DNA of 64,000 nucleotides from a virus: IMG/VR virus record IMGVR_UViG_3300028920_000005, positions 1-64,000 of that record, one strand, 5' to 3'. Under the pieces are notes generated by a model, which was not told the origin of the DNA, did no database searches, and was given only the letters and a program-made list of their open reading frames with translations. Shown in pieces: positions 45,850 to 55,527 of the stretch. The position numbers and the translations under genes were made by a program. Every line of letters starts with the position of its first letter. The first letter of the stretch is position 1.

Positions 45850-46286
45850 CATCATATGTTGGGCAACTTGAGCAAAATCCAGATTATGGATGGACACTTA
45901 AGTTGGACTCTGATGGTGATTTGTCTTTTAATTCTGATAACACGCTCGAGGTAATCGGTGGCAAGCAGATTATAAATGGGGTGGAGGTAGATACCCTCCG
46001 TGATAAGATATCGCAGGATTTGCGCATCTTATTTAGAACAATGCTGGGGGATAATCTTTTTCATACGTCGATGGGTTTGGACTTCGTCTCTATTATCGGT
46101 GGTGATTATCAGGATCATATTGTGAAGCCGATTTTAGAGAGGACATTTTTGGGTTATGCGTTTGCGAACCAAATCAAAGAAATAAAAATTGAGAGAACAT
46201 GGGTTAGCGGCGGGGAGGATTTAGTTTGGACGATCACAGTATACATTGGTGTGTTAGGACCGATTAAATTTGAGGTGGGCTTCTAA
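45846..46286 (+). CDS. baseplate wedge protein, gp25/GpW-like
   Basis: 146 aa. ISQDLRILFRTMLGDNLFHTSMGLDF matches the gp25-like core i..l..iL.T..G.r...p.fG. Confidence 0.6.
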   Translation: MTSYVGQLEQNPDYGWTLKLDSDGDLSFNSDNTLEVIGGKQIINGVEVDTLRDKISQDLRILFRTMLGDNLFHTSMGLDFVSIIGGDYQDHIVKPILERTFLGYAFANQIKEIKIERTWVSGGEDLVWTITVYIGVLGPIKFEVGF

Positions 46287-47377
46287 TGGCTTATGGCGTT
46301 ACGATTACAGGCTTCAACAAAAAGACAATTGATGCCATTCTTCAGGATTTAGAAACTGAGGCACAGGCACAATTTGGCACGACTGTGGACCTCACATCTA
46401 CTTCGCCGTTGAAAATGATGTTGGAGGCCGTTGCCGTTGAGATTGCCCGTATTTGGGACATGGCAGAGAATATTTATGATAATGGCTTCGTGGATTATGC
46501 CGGTGGGATAAATCTCGATAGACTTGGCGCCATTGTAGATGTGTTGAGGCAAAGTGCGACTCAGAGTACGGGCACTGTGACATTTACCGGTGTTGCAGCA
46601 ACAGTTATTCCTGTAGGTAGTCGTGTGTCTACTAATGAGGGGTTGGAGTATCAGACCACGGCGGCAGGGATCGTAGGTGGGGGCGGCACTGTTGATATTG
46701 CTGTTGAGTCGTTAGGTTATGGGGAAGAGTATAATGCCGGTGCAGGATTGATTGTGAATCTGGTTACGCCTATCGTGGGCATTACTTCTGTGGTTAATGC
46801 GGCGGCGACAGTTGGCGGGAGCGATAAGGAAAGTGATGCATCGTATAGGGACAGGGTGAAGGGTGCCTTAACTGGTTTTGGTAAAGGGACCCTTGAAGCT
46901 ATTATTTTGGCTGTGAGAGCTGTTAGTGGAGTAACAGGTTGTTCAGGAACTGAGGATTTGAACAATCATACTGTGCAGTTGTATGTGAGTGGTAGTCCAA
47001 GTGCATCTGATGTTGATGATGCGATTGAAGATTCTAAGCCTGCTGGCATTGAAGTGAGTTGGTCACCTGTTACAGGCGATACGGTGAATATAACGTTGAA
47101 TATTACTACAGATACAGCCGCGAGACCTGGTGATTGGGATACCAGGATTGAGGACAGTATTACTGCGTATATTCAGTCACTTGGTGCCGGGGAAGATGTG
47201 ATATGGTCTAGTCTCATGGATGCTGTGTATGATGCAGAGGAGGTTGATGGTGTGAGTCAGGGGTGGATTGAGACTGTTCCCAGAGATGAGTTGAAGATTA
47301 ATGGAACAGCGGCAGATTATGTGATTGCCGCGGATAAGGAAGCAGTGGTAGGGACCATTGTTATAAGTGAGGTGTGA
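46286..47377 (+). CDS. baseplate J-like protein
   Basis: 363 aa. The N-terminal TIDAILQDLETEAQAQFG...TSPLKMMLEAVAVEIARIW...LDRLGAIVDVLRQSATQSTGTVTFTG pattern is typical of Baseplate_J. Confidence 0.7.
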   Translation: MAYGVTITGFNKKTIDAILQDLETEAQAQFGTTVDLTSTSPLKMMLEAVAVEIARIWDMAENIYDNGFVDYAGGINLDRLGAIVDVLRQSATQSTGTVTFTGVAATVIPVGSRVSTNEGLEYQTTAAGIVGGGGTVDIAVESLGYGEEYNAGAGLIVNLVTPIVGITSVVNAAATVGGSDKESDASYRDRVKGALTGFGKGTLEAIILAVRAVSGVTGCSGTEDLNNHTVQLYVSGSPSASDVDDAIEDSKPAGIEVSWSPVTGDTVNITLNITTDTAARPGDWDTRIEDSITAYIQSLGAGEDVIWSSLMDAVYDAEEVDGVSQGWIETVPRDELKINGTAADYVIAADKEAVVGTIVISEV

Positions 47378-47378
47378 G

Positions 47379-48116
47379 ATGGCCACTAAAGAAGAAATAG
47401 CGCAAAGCCTTTTGCGACTTCTTACAGATGCCTACTGGAAGGAAAACAATTCCAATTGGGCGAAATACTTTAGGGTCTTGTCCGAAGAGTTCCAGTTCTT
47501 TGCTGATGAGGATCAAGTACTTGGGGACATATTGAAAGTACATGGCGGACTGTCGACGCCCACACTTGGTGGTAATACTGGGGTAAATTTGGATTATCTT
47601 GGGTCGCTGTTAGGTATTGGGAGATTTCCTGGTGAGTCGGACACTGATTATCGTGCAAGGATCTTTGATGCTGTTGATTCGTTCTCTGGTGGAGGTACTA
47701 AGCAATCGATAATTGAGCGATTGTATAATGTTTTGATTTATCTTGGATGGGTAGGGACCAAAGCAGATATTGCCGTGGTTGATGGATGGGATGATCCGCC
47801 AGGGAGTGGAGAGTATGGTCATATTTATATTGTGGTTAGTGGCGATTGGACAGGGTTAACTGAGGATATCACTGATCCTAGTAGTAAGTTTCTCTATGAA
47901 GCCAATAGAGTTAGAGCCGCTGGTATTAAGATTGAGGACGTTGGACCAGCTGTTATAGAAGAATGGGGGGCGGAGTTCGTTGAGACGTTGTATTATAATT
48001 TGGATCATTATCATTTGCCTGAAGAACGTTGGGGTTCCCAATGGACTGATGAAAATCATAGATGGCACTGGACCGGAATAACAAGCACTGAGAGTTTAAA
48101 TGTAACAAAACCCTGA
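47379..48116 (+). CDS. baseplate/tail protein, gpI / Mu gp48-like
   Basis: The ATG at 47379 follows GAGGTG. Call is by position after the J-like gene. About 245 aa. Confidence 0.45.
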   Translation: MATKEEIAQSLLRLLTDAYWKENNSNWAKYFRVLSEEFQFFADEDQVLGDILKVHGGLSTPTLGGNTGVNLDYLGSLLGIGRFPGESDTDYRARIFDAVDSFSGGGTKQSIIERLYNVLIYLGWVGTKADIAVVDGWDDPPGSGEYGHIYIVVSGDWTGLTEDITDPSSKFLYEANRVRAAGIKIEDVGPAVIEEWGAEFVETLYYNLDHYHLPEERWGSQWTDENHRWHWTGITSTESLNVTKP

Positions 48117-48125
48117 GGGATTTGA

Positions 48126-48614
48126 ATGGGTAGAATTATAGAGGGAATAACCTGGAAGGCAAAGCTGTGGGCTGAAATATGTAGAGCCGATGGCACGAAG
48201 GAACATATCGAAGGCGGAGGAAATTTGCTACTGAATGATGGCTGTGAGCTATTGTCCGATATCTTTAATCAGACGGTTGGGGCATTTACACCGCAGTGCA
48301 TTGCCATTGGTTCAGGAACAACGGCACCAACAGTTAATGATACTGATTTGGAGACACTGTTTGCGCCTGAGAGCGAGTCCTATGCAACAGTGAACAAGCA
48401 GGTGGTTGGGGTCGGAAGGACAATCCTAATTAATTCGAGCTTCGGGACAGTAAGCGCACCGCCCTGGGCCGTTAGTGAGTGTGTCTTGGCGGATACTAAT
48501 GCCGCGAGAGGGGCCAGGAAGTGTTTTGCAAGGAGTACGTCACTGTCCTTTACTCTCGGGGCCGGTGACACGGTCACTATATTCTGGCAAATTGAATTTG
48601 TGCCTAACCTGTGA
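48126..48614 (+). CDS. tail fibre-associated protein
   Basis: 162 aa; call is positional. Confidence 0.4.
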   Translation: MGRIIEGITWKAKLWAEICRADGTKEHIEGGGNLLLNDGCELLSDIFNQTVGAFTPQCIAIGSGTTAPTVNDTDLETLFAPESESYATVNKQVVGVGRTILINSSFGTVSAPPWAVSECVLADTNAARGARKCFARSTSLSFTLGAGDTVTIFWQIEFVPNL

Positions 48615-48624
48615 GGTGATTGGA

Positions 48625-50352
48625 ATGGTTTTATATACACCTAAGGCTTGGAGCAACGAAGTCATTCTTGATAATGATATGAATCGAATGGAGGCAGGAC
48701 TGCAGGGCAGGGCCGCTAACATTGTGGTGACTGTTTCTGGGAGTAAGGGTGATTCGAATAATTTGAAGACGGCAATCGAATCATATACTGGTACTGATGA
48801 TGCTGTGGTGTATATACAGGGCACTGAGAATGCGACAATCATTGATGTTACGGCCGGAATCTTTGTGCCTGGAAATGTGAGCATCGTCTGTGATGCTGGT
48901 GTGTTTTTGAGGGCAGCACCTGGGATCACTGGACCTATATTTAGTTTCGGTGCCAGTGGCTCAGAGTCAACTACGAGGCAGTTTCTGCGTGGTGCCAAGT
49001 TTATTGCCAATACATCGCAGGGCGCCCAGCCTATGATAAGTGTTGGATATGGTGCGACCAATCAGGCTTATAATCTGACCATTGAACAGTGCATGTTTGA
49101 CCCCTCGGGTCAGAACTGGGCCAGCATGATTGCAATAAGATATGGAAGTAAGAACATACGAATTCGCGATTGTTACATGACTGGCGCACAGCAGCGCTTT
49201 GTGGATATTGGTGGGTTGGATACAGTTGTTCCTGTGCAGAATGTTTATATTGAGAATAATGTGTTTGACACTTGTGCACTGCATGGGATTTATATCGATG
49301 ATGAGTGTGCGAATGTTAATGTGGTGAGGAATAAGTTTGTTAATGTTGCCACTACAGTTGCTTATCGTACAATACTTATAGATGCATCAGTGAACCCGAT
49401 GCGTGACATAAGAGTGCAGCAGAATAGTTTTGAAGGCGGCAGAATTGCTATTCAAGCAAGTAGAACCGGTGGTGTGTCACTCAGTGATATCTGGATTACT
49501 GATAATCAGATATTAAGTTGTATTGATGCTGGTATCCACGTTGAAGGTGACAATATCAATATACGTGGAAATGTGATAGATACCACTGTGAATGGGATCC
49601 AGATAAAAGGCGATAGGATAACGATCAAAGATAACTTTATGACTGGCCTCACTGGCATAGGTGTATATATTTATGATGTGTTGGTGCCCACAGATTTAGT
49701 TGTTGAGGATAACTATATAGATTGCTTTGATAATGGTGTTGAGGCCTTAAGTGGTGCTGGTAAGCTTGAAGTTACTGGCAACACGATATTAAGTTCAGGG
49801 AATCATGGCATATTACTTGATGGCTGTGCATTCCTGACATATATCATTGACAACAGCATCACGCCAAGCGGATTGGCCGGTAAACGCGGCATACTTGTAT
49901 TAAATGATTCAATTGCAAATGGAAGTCATATAAATGGGAATAGGATCTTCTGCAATAATAATGGTGCAGGTGGAATAGATCTCGCGTTGTCAGCTGCTGA
50001 AGATTTGGATATAACAGGTAATATGATCGATCGGCCCGGTGGTGTAGGCATACAGGTACTTCAGGGAGGTGGTGCGGGAAGATCACACACATATGTGAGG
50101 AATCATATAAGGGGCGGAACACTTGCAATAAACGCTGCGATCTACATAGATACAATCAGTGGTATTGTGTCTCACAACATATATAGACGATTCGTTGGAA
50201 CCAATATTGGGCTTAATGAAATAGCACCTGGCAATTATAATTCCGTTACCCTGAACGTGGTTCATCACCAGAGTGCAACAGGAGCACGAATTGCAATTGT
50301 AGGTGCACAGAGCGTTAACCTTGCAAATATAACATCAATCGTAATACCATGA
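48625..50352 (+). CDS. tail fibre with parallel beta-helix repeats (second beta-helix locus)
   Basis: The ATG at 48625 follows TGAGGTGA. MVLYTPKAWSNEVILDNDMNRMEAGLQ is a common fibre N-terminus. Repeated NIxIxxNxI-type beta-helix turns follow. Confidence 0.65.
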   Translation: MVLYTPKAWSNEVILDNDMNRMEAGLQGRAANIVVTVSGSKGDSNNLKTAIESYTGTDDAVVYIQGTENATIIDVTAGIFVPGNVSIVCDAGVFLRAAPGITGPIFSFGASGSESTTRQFLRGAKFIANTSQGAQPMISVGYGATNQAYNLTIEQCMFDPSGQNWASMIAIRYGSKNIRIRDCYMTGAQQRFVDIGGLDTVVPVQNVYIENNVFDTCALHGIYIDDECANVNVVRNKFVNVATTVAYRTILIDASVNPMRDIRVQQNSFEGGRIAIQASRTGGVSLSDIWITDNQILSCIDAGIHVEGDNINIRGNVIDTTVNGIQIKGDRITIKDNFMTGLTGIGVYIYDVLVPTDLVVEDNYIDCFDNGVEALSGAGKLEVTGNTILSSGNHGILLDGCAFLTYIIDNSITPSGLAGKRGILVLNDSIANGSHINGNRIFCNNNGAGGIDLALSAAEDLDITGNMIDRPGGVGIQVLQGGGAGRSHTYVRNHIRGGTLAINAAIYIDTISGIVSHNIYRRFVGTNIGLNEIAPGNYNSVTLNVVHHQSATGARIAIVGAQSVNLANITSIVIP

Positions 50353-50362
50353 GGTGATACAA

Positions 50363-50719
50363 ATGGGCAAAAAGACTGATACAGGGACAGCCGAAGTGTC
50401 AACTGAAGTTGGTAAAGCTGTCGAGCAGAAGATTGACGACACACTCATATCAGAACATGAACAGCAGATCAAGGACCTGAGCGCCAAAAAAGATAAGACT
50501 GATGAAGAAAAGGCCCATCTCAATGAACTGAAACGGGTGAAGAAGATTAGGGACAACCCTAAAGAGGTGGAGCGCAGAATCGATCAGTTAACTGCTCTAT
50601 TGAACATAAGAACATTGCTCTCTGAAACAATACAAGAAGTCAGATTCGCCAGCCAGTATAGAGGCAATAAGGCCGATGAACTGGTGAAACAGATCAAGGA
50701 CTGCGCCGACAAACTCTGA
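50363..50719 (+). CDS. hypothetical coiled-coil protein
   Basis: The ATG at 50363 follows GAGGTGA. K/E-rich. Confidence 0.45.
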   Translation: MGKKTDTGTAEVSTEVGKAVEQKIDDTLISEHEQQIKDLSAKKDKTDEEKAHLNELKRVKKIRDNPKEVERRIDQLTALLNIRTLLSETIQEVRFASQYRGNKADELVKQIKDCADKL

Positions 50720-50728
50720 GGTGTCTCT

Positions 50729-51004
50729 ATGGTCCACGAATTCAATTTTGATGAGGAGACTGAAACTTTCAAGTCCAGTAATCCGATTCGTTGGAGATTG
50801 CTCTGTGATGTTTGCGAAGATTATGTGTCTGATTTGGCGGAAAGTGAACCTGTTGTATGTCCGATATGTTCAAGTGAAAGTATATCTGAACAAACGCAAC
50901 AGAGGCCATATCTGAGCGATGTGTCACCTGATGGTACGGTATGGGACCACTTCACCGAAGACGATGGAACAATAATAGTTGCAAGGAGGCCTTCAAGTGC
51001 CTAA
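50729..51004 (+). CDS. zinc-ribbon protein
   Basis: 91 aa with CDVCED...CPICSSE. Confidence 0.45.
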   Translation: MVHEFNFDEETETFKSSNPIRWRLLCDVCEDYVSDLAESEPVVCPICSSESISEQTQQRPYLSDVSPDGTVWDHFTEDDGTIIVARRPSSA

Positions 51005-51266
51005 GTTAGCGCCCATGAGTGCAGTGCTGAAAAAAGAGTATGAGAGCAAGATCGAGAGTGAGATCCCCGCCGGGGAGGACGTGACCATTTTATTTGATAC
51101 CACGTTCCCGTTAAAGCCTGACATTGATTCTTGGGAAACAGACCAAGATGGATTGACCGTGCAATCTATTCAGAAATTTAAGGACAGGGTGAAGGTCCGG
51201 TTTAATCAGAACTTTCAGGTCGGAAAGCGACTCAAATTGAAGGTGAAGCCCAAGAGGTTGATTTAA
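50997..51266 (+). CDS. hypothetical protein
   Basis: GTG 50997 lies 7 nt after AAGGAGG; about 89 aa. Confidence 0.4.
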   Translation: MPKLAPMSAVLKKEYESKIESEIPAGEDVTILFDTTFPLKPDIDSWETDQDGLTVQSIQKFKDRVKVRFNQNFQVGKRLKLKVKPKRLI

Positions 51267-51479
51267 ATGGTCGAAATAGAAGTGGGAACATTGGAATACT
51301 CCGTGATTGGAGAAATCATAACAGTATATAAACAAACGAATGGGGACAATATTCCGTGCTACGCGAGAACGGCAACGCAGCACATTGAATGGCAGGCAAT
51401 GATGTCAGCCGAATCGACCAATCAAGAGATACTCGATGCTTGTGACGGATACCTCAGGAATGAGAAGGGTTGGTGTTAG
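51267..51479 (+). CDS. hypothetical protein
   Basis: 70 aa, tightly packed. Confidence 0.4.
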   Translation: MVEIEVGTLEYSVIGEIITVYKQTNGDNIPCYARTATQHIEWQAMMSAESTNQEILDACDGYLRNEKGWC

Positions 51480-51572
51480 GTGTCAAAAAGTCAGAATCTT
51501 GTAACTTGTCCTCACTGCGGGCAAGTTCAGAAAGTGCGTAAGGTATGCTTTCGATGTGCGAAGGCAATGTGA
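51480..51572 (+). CDS. zinc-ribbon mini-protein (30 aa, below the ORF-track cutoff)
   Basis: Hand translation from the GTG gives VSKSQNLVTCPHCGQVQKVRKVCFRCAKAM. No clear SD. Confidence 0.3.
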   Translation: MSKSQNLVTCPHCGQVQKVRKVCFRCAKAM

Positions 51573-51581
51573 GGTGTGCAA

Positions 51582-51935
51582 ATGAGCAACGGCAAAAATA
51601 ATGGGCCTATGTCAAAAGAACTGGCACGTGCGGAATTCGTGGGTGTAAAGGAGTGTAATAAAACGCAGAGATCAGTGAGAAGTGAGATTTTAGATTTAGA
51701 GCGTAGGTTCAACGAAAAAGTGAACACATTAACAGATAACTTGAATCGTGCCGTTACTCTGCAAGAACAGATGATATTAGAAAGGAATACGGAAGCCGAA
51801 GCCGAAGCAATGTCGAAAACACAAGAGAGAACTGAAATTAGAAAAGAACAACGCCGCGATATGATGTTGTTTGGCGGTGCTGTTGCTGTTACTGTCGCTG
51901 TTATACAGATTTTGCCTTTTATCTGGCCGAATTGA
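51582..51935 (+). CDS. tail-anchored membrane protein (coiled coil + C-terminal TM)
   Basis: The ATG at 51582 follows TGAGGTG. C-terminal MMLFGGAVAVTVAVIQILPFIW hydrophobic segment. Possible lysis accessory protein. Confidence 0.45.
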   Translation: MSNGKNNGPMSKELARAEFVGVKECNKTQRSVRSEILDLERRFNEKVNTLTDNLNRAVTLQEQMILERNTEAEAEAMSKTQERTEIRKEQRRDMMLFGGAVAVTVAVIQILPFIWPN

Positions 51936-51936
51936 T

Positions 51937-52116
51937 ATGAAGAGTGTGTATATTGTTTTGAAGAAGAGAAACAATATCATAGAAAAGATCCATAGCGTAT
52001 GGGAGGGAGAGGATAAGAAATTAGCCCAGATGTTATGTGACGAGTTAAATTCCGAGAAGGATGAACTTTATATCGAATATGTGGTACATGAGAAAGTGAT
52101 TGCAAATTCTAGGTGA
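51937..52116 (+). CDS. hypothetical small protein
   Basis: 59 aa from the ATG at 51937 (MKSVYIVLKK...), directly after the upstream stop. Confidence 0.4.
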   Translation: MKSVYIVLKKRNNIIEKIHSVWEGEDKKLAQMLCDELNSEKDELYIEYVVHEKVIANSR

Positions 52117-52117
52117 T

Positions 52118-52660
52118 ATGATGTCGAGGCATTTGTATAAAATTGCAGGAACAATATATGGGTATCTGTTCTTCAGAAAGAGACTCACATTTGAGGAGGC
52201 TCTAGTGAAGTTGGATACGCCTTTTAAGATACATGCGTATCAGTGTAAGTGGTTTCGGTATAGGGCCAATGAGGATGTGCAATATAATAAGTTGCAAGCC
52301 GAAGAGGTCTGGTCCGACGAGATGTTGGACGAGAATGGAAAGCACTGGGACGATTGCGATGGCTATGCGGTCGTGGCTGCGAGGATCCTGAATGGGATTA
52401 ATAATGAGGATCCGTGTAGATTGGTTAGTATGTTTACTGACGACTCTGGGCACGCAACATGTTTGGTGCAAGAACTGATGGATACTAAGACTATCGGGAC
52501 ATTTGGTCTTTGGTCCCATGGTTTGGCCGATTCTCTGCCGGATATATGCCAGAAGTTTTATAAGGAACCGATAAAAAGAATCAGAATCTATGACGATCGA
52601 TGGAATCTCATTAGCTACGGCGAAGAAGTCAATGGCAAATGGGAATTCGTTGAGGTGTGA
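52118..52660 (+). CDS. papain-like (NlpC/P60 or transglutaminase-like) cysteine peptidase; candidate endolysin
   Basis: WDDCDGYAVVAARIL (candidate nucleophile Cys) followed by DDSGHATCLV (candidate His). Located next to a holin-like gene at the end of the late operon. Confidence 0.45.
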   Translation: MMSRHLYKIAGTIYGYLFFRKRLTFEEALVKLDTPFKIHAYQCKWFRYRANEDVQYNKLQAEEVWSDEMLDENGKHWDDCDGYAVVAARILNGINNEDPCRLVSMFTDDSGHATCLVQELMDTKTIGTFGLWSHGLADSLPDICQKFYKEPIKRIRIYDDRWNLISYGEEVNGKWEFVEV

Positions 52661-52663
52661 GAT

Positions 52664-53026
52664 ATGTTTGGCTTAGAAAGCAGAGAACTATGGATGCTGG
52701 TGGGTATGGTAGTGGTAGCTGCATTCTTTGCCTGTCTCAATTACGGGTTGACAAAGGTAGGTCTGGATAAGAGCTTGAAGGATGTGCCTTTGTATAAGTG
52801 GAAGAAACCTGTGATGATTGGTGGGGCGCTAGGGTTCTTGACCTGGCTCTCTACAGCGAGTGGTGCATTGCCACATGAGACAGGTTTGTTTATGGCGGCC
52901 AATGCCGGTTGGATAGGGGAGAAGGGGCTGGCCCTATATCTGAATAATAAGGAAAGGAATAGTGGGCCAAAGGTACCAGACGAGAAAGCATTCCGGCTGT
53001 TCAGAAAAAACAATGAACAAAAGTAA
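52664..53026 (+). CDS. holin-like membrane protein
   Basis: 120 aa with about three hydrophobic segments (LWMLVGMVVVAAFFACL, VMIGGALGFLTWL, LFMAANAGWI) and a charged C-terminus. Confidence 0.5.
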   Translation: MFGLESRELWMLVGMVVVAAFFACLNYGLTKVGLDKSLKDVPLYKWKKPVMIGGALGFLTWLSTASGALPHETGLFMAANAGWIGEKGLALYLNNKERNSGPKVPDEKAFRLFRKNNEQK

Positions 53027-53141
53027 ACAAGGTCCATTACTAACCGACGCGGGGCCACAACTGGTGTGTCCGCTGACGTTGGTATATGTGTCAGACAGTA
53101 ACGATACATTACTTGGGGCTAATGGACCTTGTATTTTTTTT
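53027..53141 (+). terminator. long stem-loop followed by a T8 run at the end of the rightward block
   Basis: ACAAGGTCCATTA (53027-53039) pairs perfectly with TAATGGACCTTGT (53120-53132). T8 lies at 53134-53141, one nt after the holin-like stop. Confidence 0.55.
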
Positions 53142-53352
53142 CGATGGCAGTAGCTCGAAGCGCAAGACTTTTGCCGTACAAAAATGATGGAAGACGCAAG
53201 AGAAACTCTCACGCCTTCCGGGTTGTGGGCTAAAGTAAACAAACGCTGTCGTACTACTTAAACTTTACTGACTGTTGCTCAGACCCTCACAAACACAAAT
53301 CTTCTATCATCGTTCTGTTCACCAGTGCATTTGAGTTTGAGATCTTTTCCCT

Positions 53353-54159
53353 TCATGGGATCTTTACATTATTAGTTATGGCTCTTGCAACACCTTTCCA
53401 GTACTCAATGCTCGGATCACTCCTCCCCAGGGCCTTAAACCCATTGTTCCTCAGAACACAGGCATCACACTCTCCACACGGCAGCACCTCACCCTTATAA
53501 CAGCTCCAGGTAAACGCATAAGGGACCTTAACCTTAAAGCCCTCGCCAAACTGCACAATATCCTTCTTACCCATATACTGCAATGGGGCAATCACCTTAA
53601 TCGGCTTCCCCTCTACCGCTCGCTGTGAGCTAAGCAACGCCAACTCATTCCATCGGGCAATATACTCAGGCCTACAATCAGGATATCCTGAAAAGTCCAC
53701 ATGGTTAACGCCCACGGCCACAGCGTCAGCATCCATAACTTCAGCTACACTTAGCCCACAGGCAATAAACATAGTATTCCTGCCCGGAACATACGTCACA
53801 GGGATATCGCTCATCTCCTCTTCGGCCCTTCCTACCGGCACATCAATTCTCTCGTCCAGGAGTGCACTGCCTCCGATCCGCCTCATGAACCCAACATTAA
53901 GGATCATAGATCGGATAATCAAGTGGCCTTTATCACTCTCTTTAAAGTACTCTTTCACGCTCGCCATGGCCTTCAACTCCTTATCATGGACCTGGCCATA
54001 ATCAAACGCTACCAAAACCACCTCGATATCATTCTCAAGCAGCCACCCCAGAACGGTCGGAGAATCCAACCCCCCTGATATTGCGACTACCGCCCTCTTT
54101 ACCCCATCAACACACAACTTTGCATGTCCAATAGGATCCACTTCATTTATGCTTTCCAT
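53353..54159 (-). CDS. queC: 7-cyano-7-deazaguanine (preQ0) synthase QueC
   Basis: 268 aa. PP-loop AISGGLDSPT, FDYGQVH, YVPGRNTMF, DFSGYPDCRPEY, and C-terminal zinc motif SCY...CGECDACVLR. Collinear with QueC as I recall it. Confidence 0.9.
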   Translation of the reverse strand: MESINEVDPIGHAKLCVDGVKRAVVAISGGLDSPTVLGWLLENDIEVVLVAFDYGQVHDKELKAMASVKEYFKESDKGHLIIRSMILNVGFMRRIGGSALLDERIDVPVGRAEEEMSDIPVTYVPGRNTMFIACGLSVAEVMDADAVAVGVNHVDFSGYPDCRPEYIARWNELALLSSQRAVEGKPIKVIAPLQYMGKKDIVQFGEGFKVKVPYAFTWSCYKGEVLPCGECDACVLRNNGFKALGRSDPSIEYWKGVARAITNNVKIP

Positions 54160-54182
54160 TTTATCACCTGTTCTTTACTCAG

Positions 54183-54575
54183 TTAATCGGTTACACCTCT
54201 CAATAGCTCCTGCATCCTTTCCCGTTTCACAGGAGCGCCACCCTTCTCAAATAGGATCTGCCTCTGCTTCCCATAAGTAGAGGTCTCTACCTTCTCCACT
54301 TCAATCACAATCTTAAACGTAAACCTCATATCACTACCTTTCCTCATATACGTTACCTTCTCGCCCAACATCTCTGAGGCAAAGTCCAAGAGCCGCTGCC
54401 GTATTATATATTCCGCTGCAGGTTCAAACTTATCAACAATATGGCATGTTCCTATTTCAACTATCGCACGGCCATCCTTCCAGTTCTTTTGTATCTGGTC
54501 GTAATGCTTATCTTTCCATTCACGATACAATCTCATTTCTTTGTTCGCCTGTGTTATTCCATCAGTCATACTCAC
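54183..54575 (-). CDS. hypothetical protein
   Basis: 130 aa; no motif recognised. Confidence 0.45.
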   Translation of the reverse strand: MSMTDGITQANKEMRLYREWKDKHYDQIQKNWKDGRAIVEIGTCHIVDKFEPAAEYIIRQRLLDFASEMLGEKVTYMRKGSDMRFTFKIVIEVEKVETSTYGKQRQILFEKGGAPVKRERMQELLRGVTD

Positions 54576-54728
54576 ACAACCTTATCGCCGACTATAATAA
54601 TCTTTAATCATGGACTTATCTCCTTAAGAGGTCTTATGGCGGTCTTCACTTAAGTTTATCCTATATAGGACATACGGGGGTTTGACGTCAAAGAGAGGTC
54701 TTCAGCTATCATATAGCTATCCTCAAAT

Positions 54729-54983
54729 TTAGTCATTACCAGCCCCCTCTAAATGTAAAAACATCACCGTTATAAACCCCCCACCACGCGGTATACTATT
54801 CTGCAATACCTCAATTCCTTGCTTCCTTCGTAACATATATCCGTGATCTTTTGTGCCCAACGTCGGCCACCCCGCATTCACACAATATATTTCCACTTGG
54901 TAGTGTGCCTCATAGCCATTGTGCACATCACTTAAAGCTTTCAATTGTTGTTTGATTGTCTGGTCTAACATTTTGCTTCCCAT
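54729..54983 (-). CDS. hypothetical protein
   Basis: 84 aa; start uncertain (54983 or 54971); overlaps the UDG 3' end. Confidence 0.35.
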   Translation of the reverse strand: MGSKMLDQTIKQQLKALSDVHNGYEAHYQVEIYCVNAGWPTLGTKDHGYMLRRKQGIEVLQNSIPRGGGFITVMFLHLEGAGND

Positions 54984-55527
54984 CCTTCCAGTTACGGCCG
55001 AATTCCTTCCACATTGCGATCATGGTTTCCGTTCTAAGATGTCCTCTAACGTTAAAACTGGGGTGAAACATCGGGATAACATAGCACCCAAATTCCTCGC
55101 TCCAATGCCATTGGCCGCAAGCATCCGTAAGGCTTCCTTTAACTGGCCGCAATATACTCCAGGGCACACCGCCCAATGCAACAATAACTCTAGGTCGTAT
55201 GCGTTCAATCTCTCCCCTAAGGTGTAGCCGCATACACGTTCTTCTCCACGTCATCTTCGGAGTTTCATTTCCATCTGGTCTACATTTACAGACATTTGTA
55301 ATATAGAACTCCGATTCACTGATCCCCGACTCCGGGATACACGTCCCACGCAGTTTCCTGCCAGATTTCCCCATAAAGGGTCGCCCTTTTTCATCTTCCA
55401 CTGCTCCTGGCGCTTCACCAACTAACATAATGCGAGGACGTCCCTCACTTAGTTTTTCTCCCTTCACCATTCCTTTGTTCGAGCACAACCCCAAAGGGCA
55501 TTCCGCGCATTTCTCCCGGAATATCAT
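54928..55527 (-). CDS. uracil-DNA glycosylase, family 4
   Basis: The track start is 55575, but the ATG at 55527 follows GGAGGTG by 7 nt. CAECPL, MLVGEAPGAVEDEKGRPFMGKSGRKL and IPMFHPSF are UDG family 4 signatures. Confidence 0.75.
   Translation of the reverse strand: MIFREKCAECPLGLCSNKGMVKGEKLSEGRPRIMLVGEAPGAVEDEKGRPFMGKSGRKLRGTCIPESGISESEFYITNVCKCRPDGNETPKMTWRRTCMRLHLRGEIERIRPRVIVALGGVPWSILRPVKGSLTDACGQWHWSEEFGCYVIPMFHPSFNVRGHLRTETMIAMWKEFGRNWKDGKQNVRPDNQTTIESFK

Noticed and set aside
48475-48624. The upstream 50 codons of the track ORF 48475..50352
   Set aside because: They overlap the preceding gene in another frame. The ATG at 48625 follows TGAGGTGA and yields a typical fibre N-terminus (MVLYTPKAW...).
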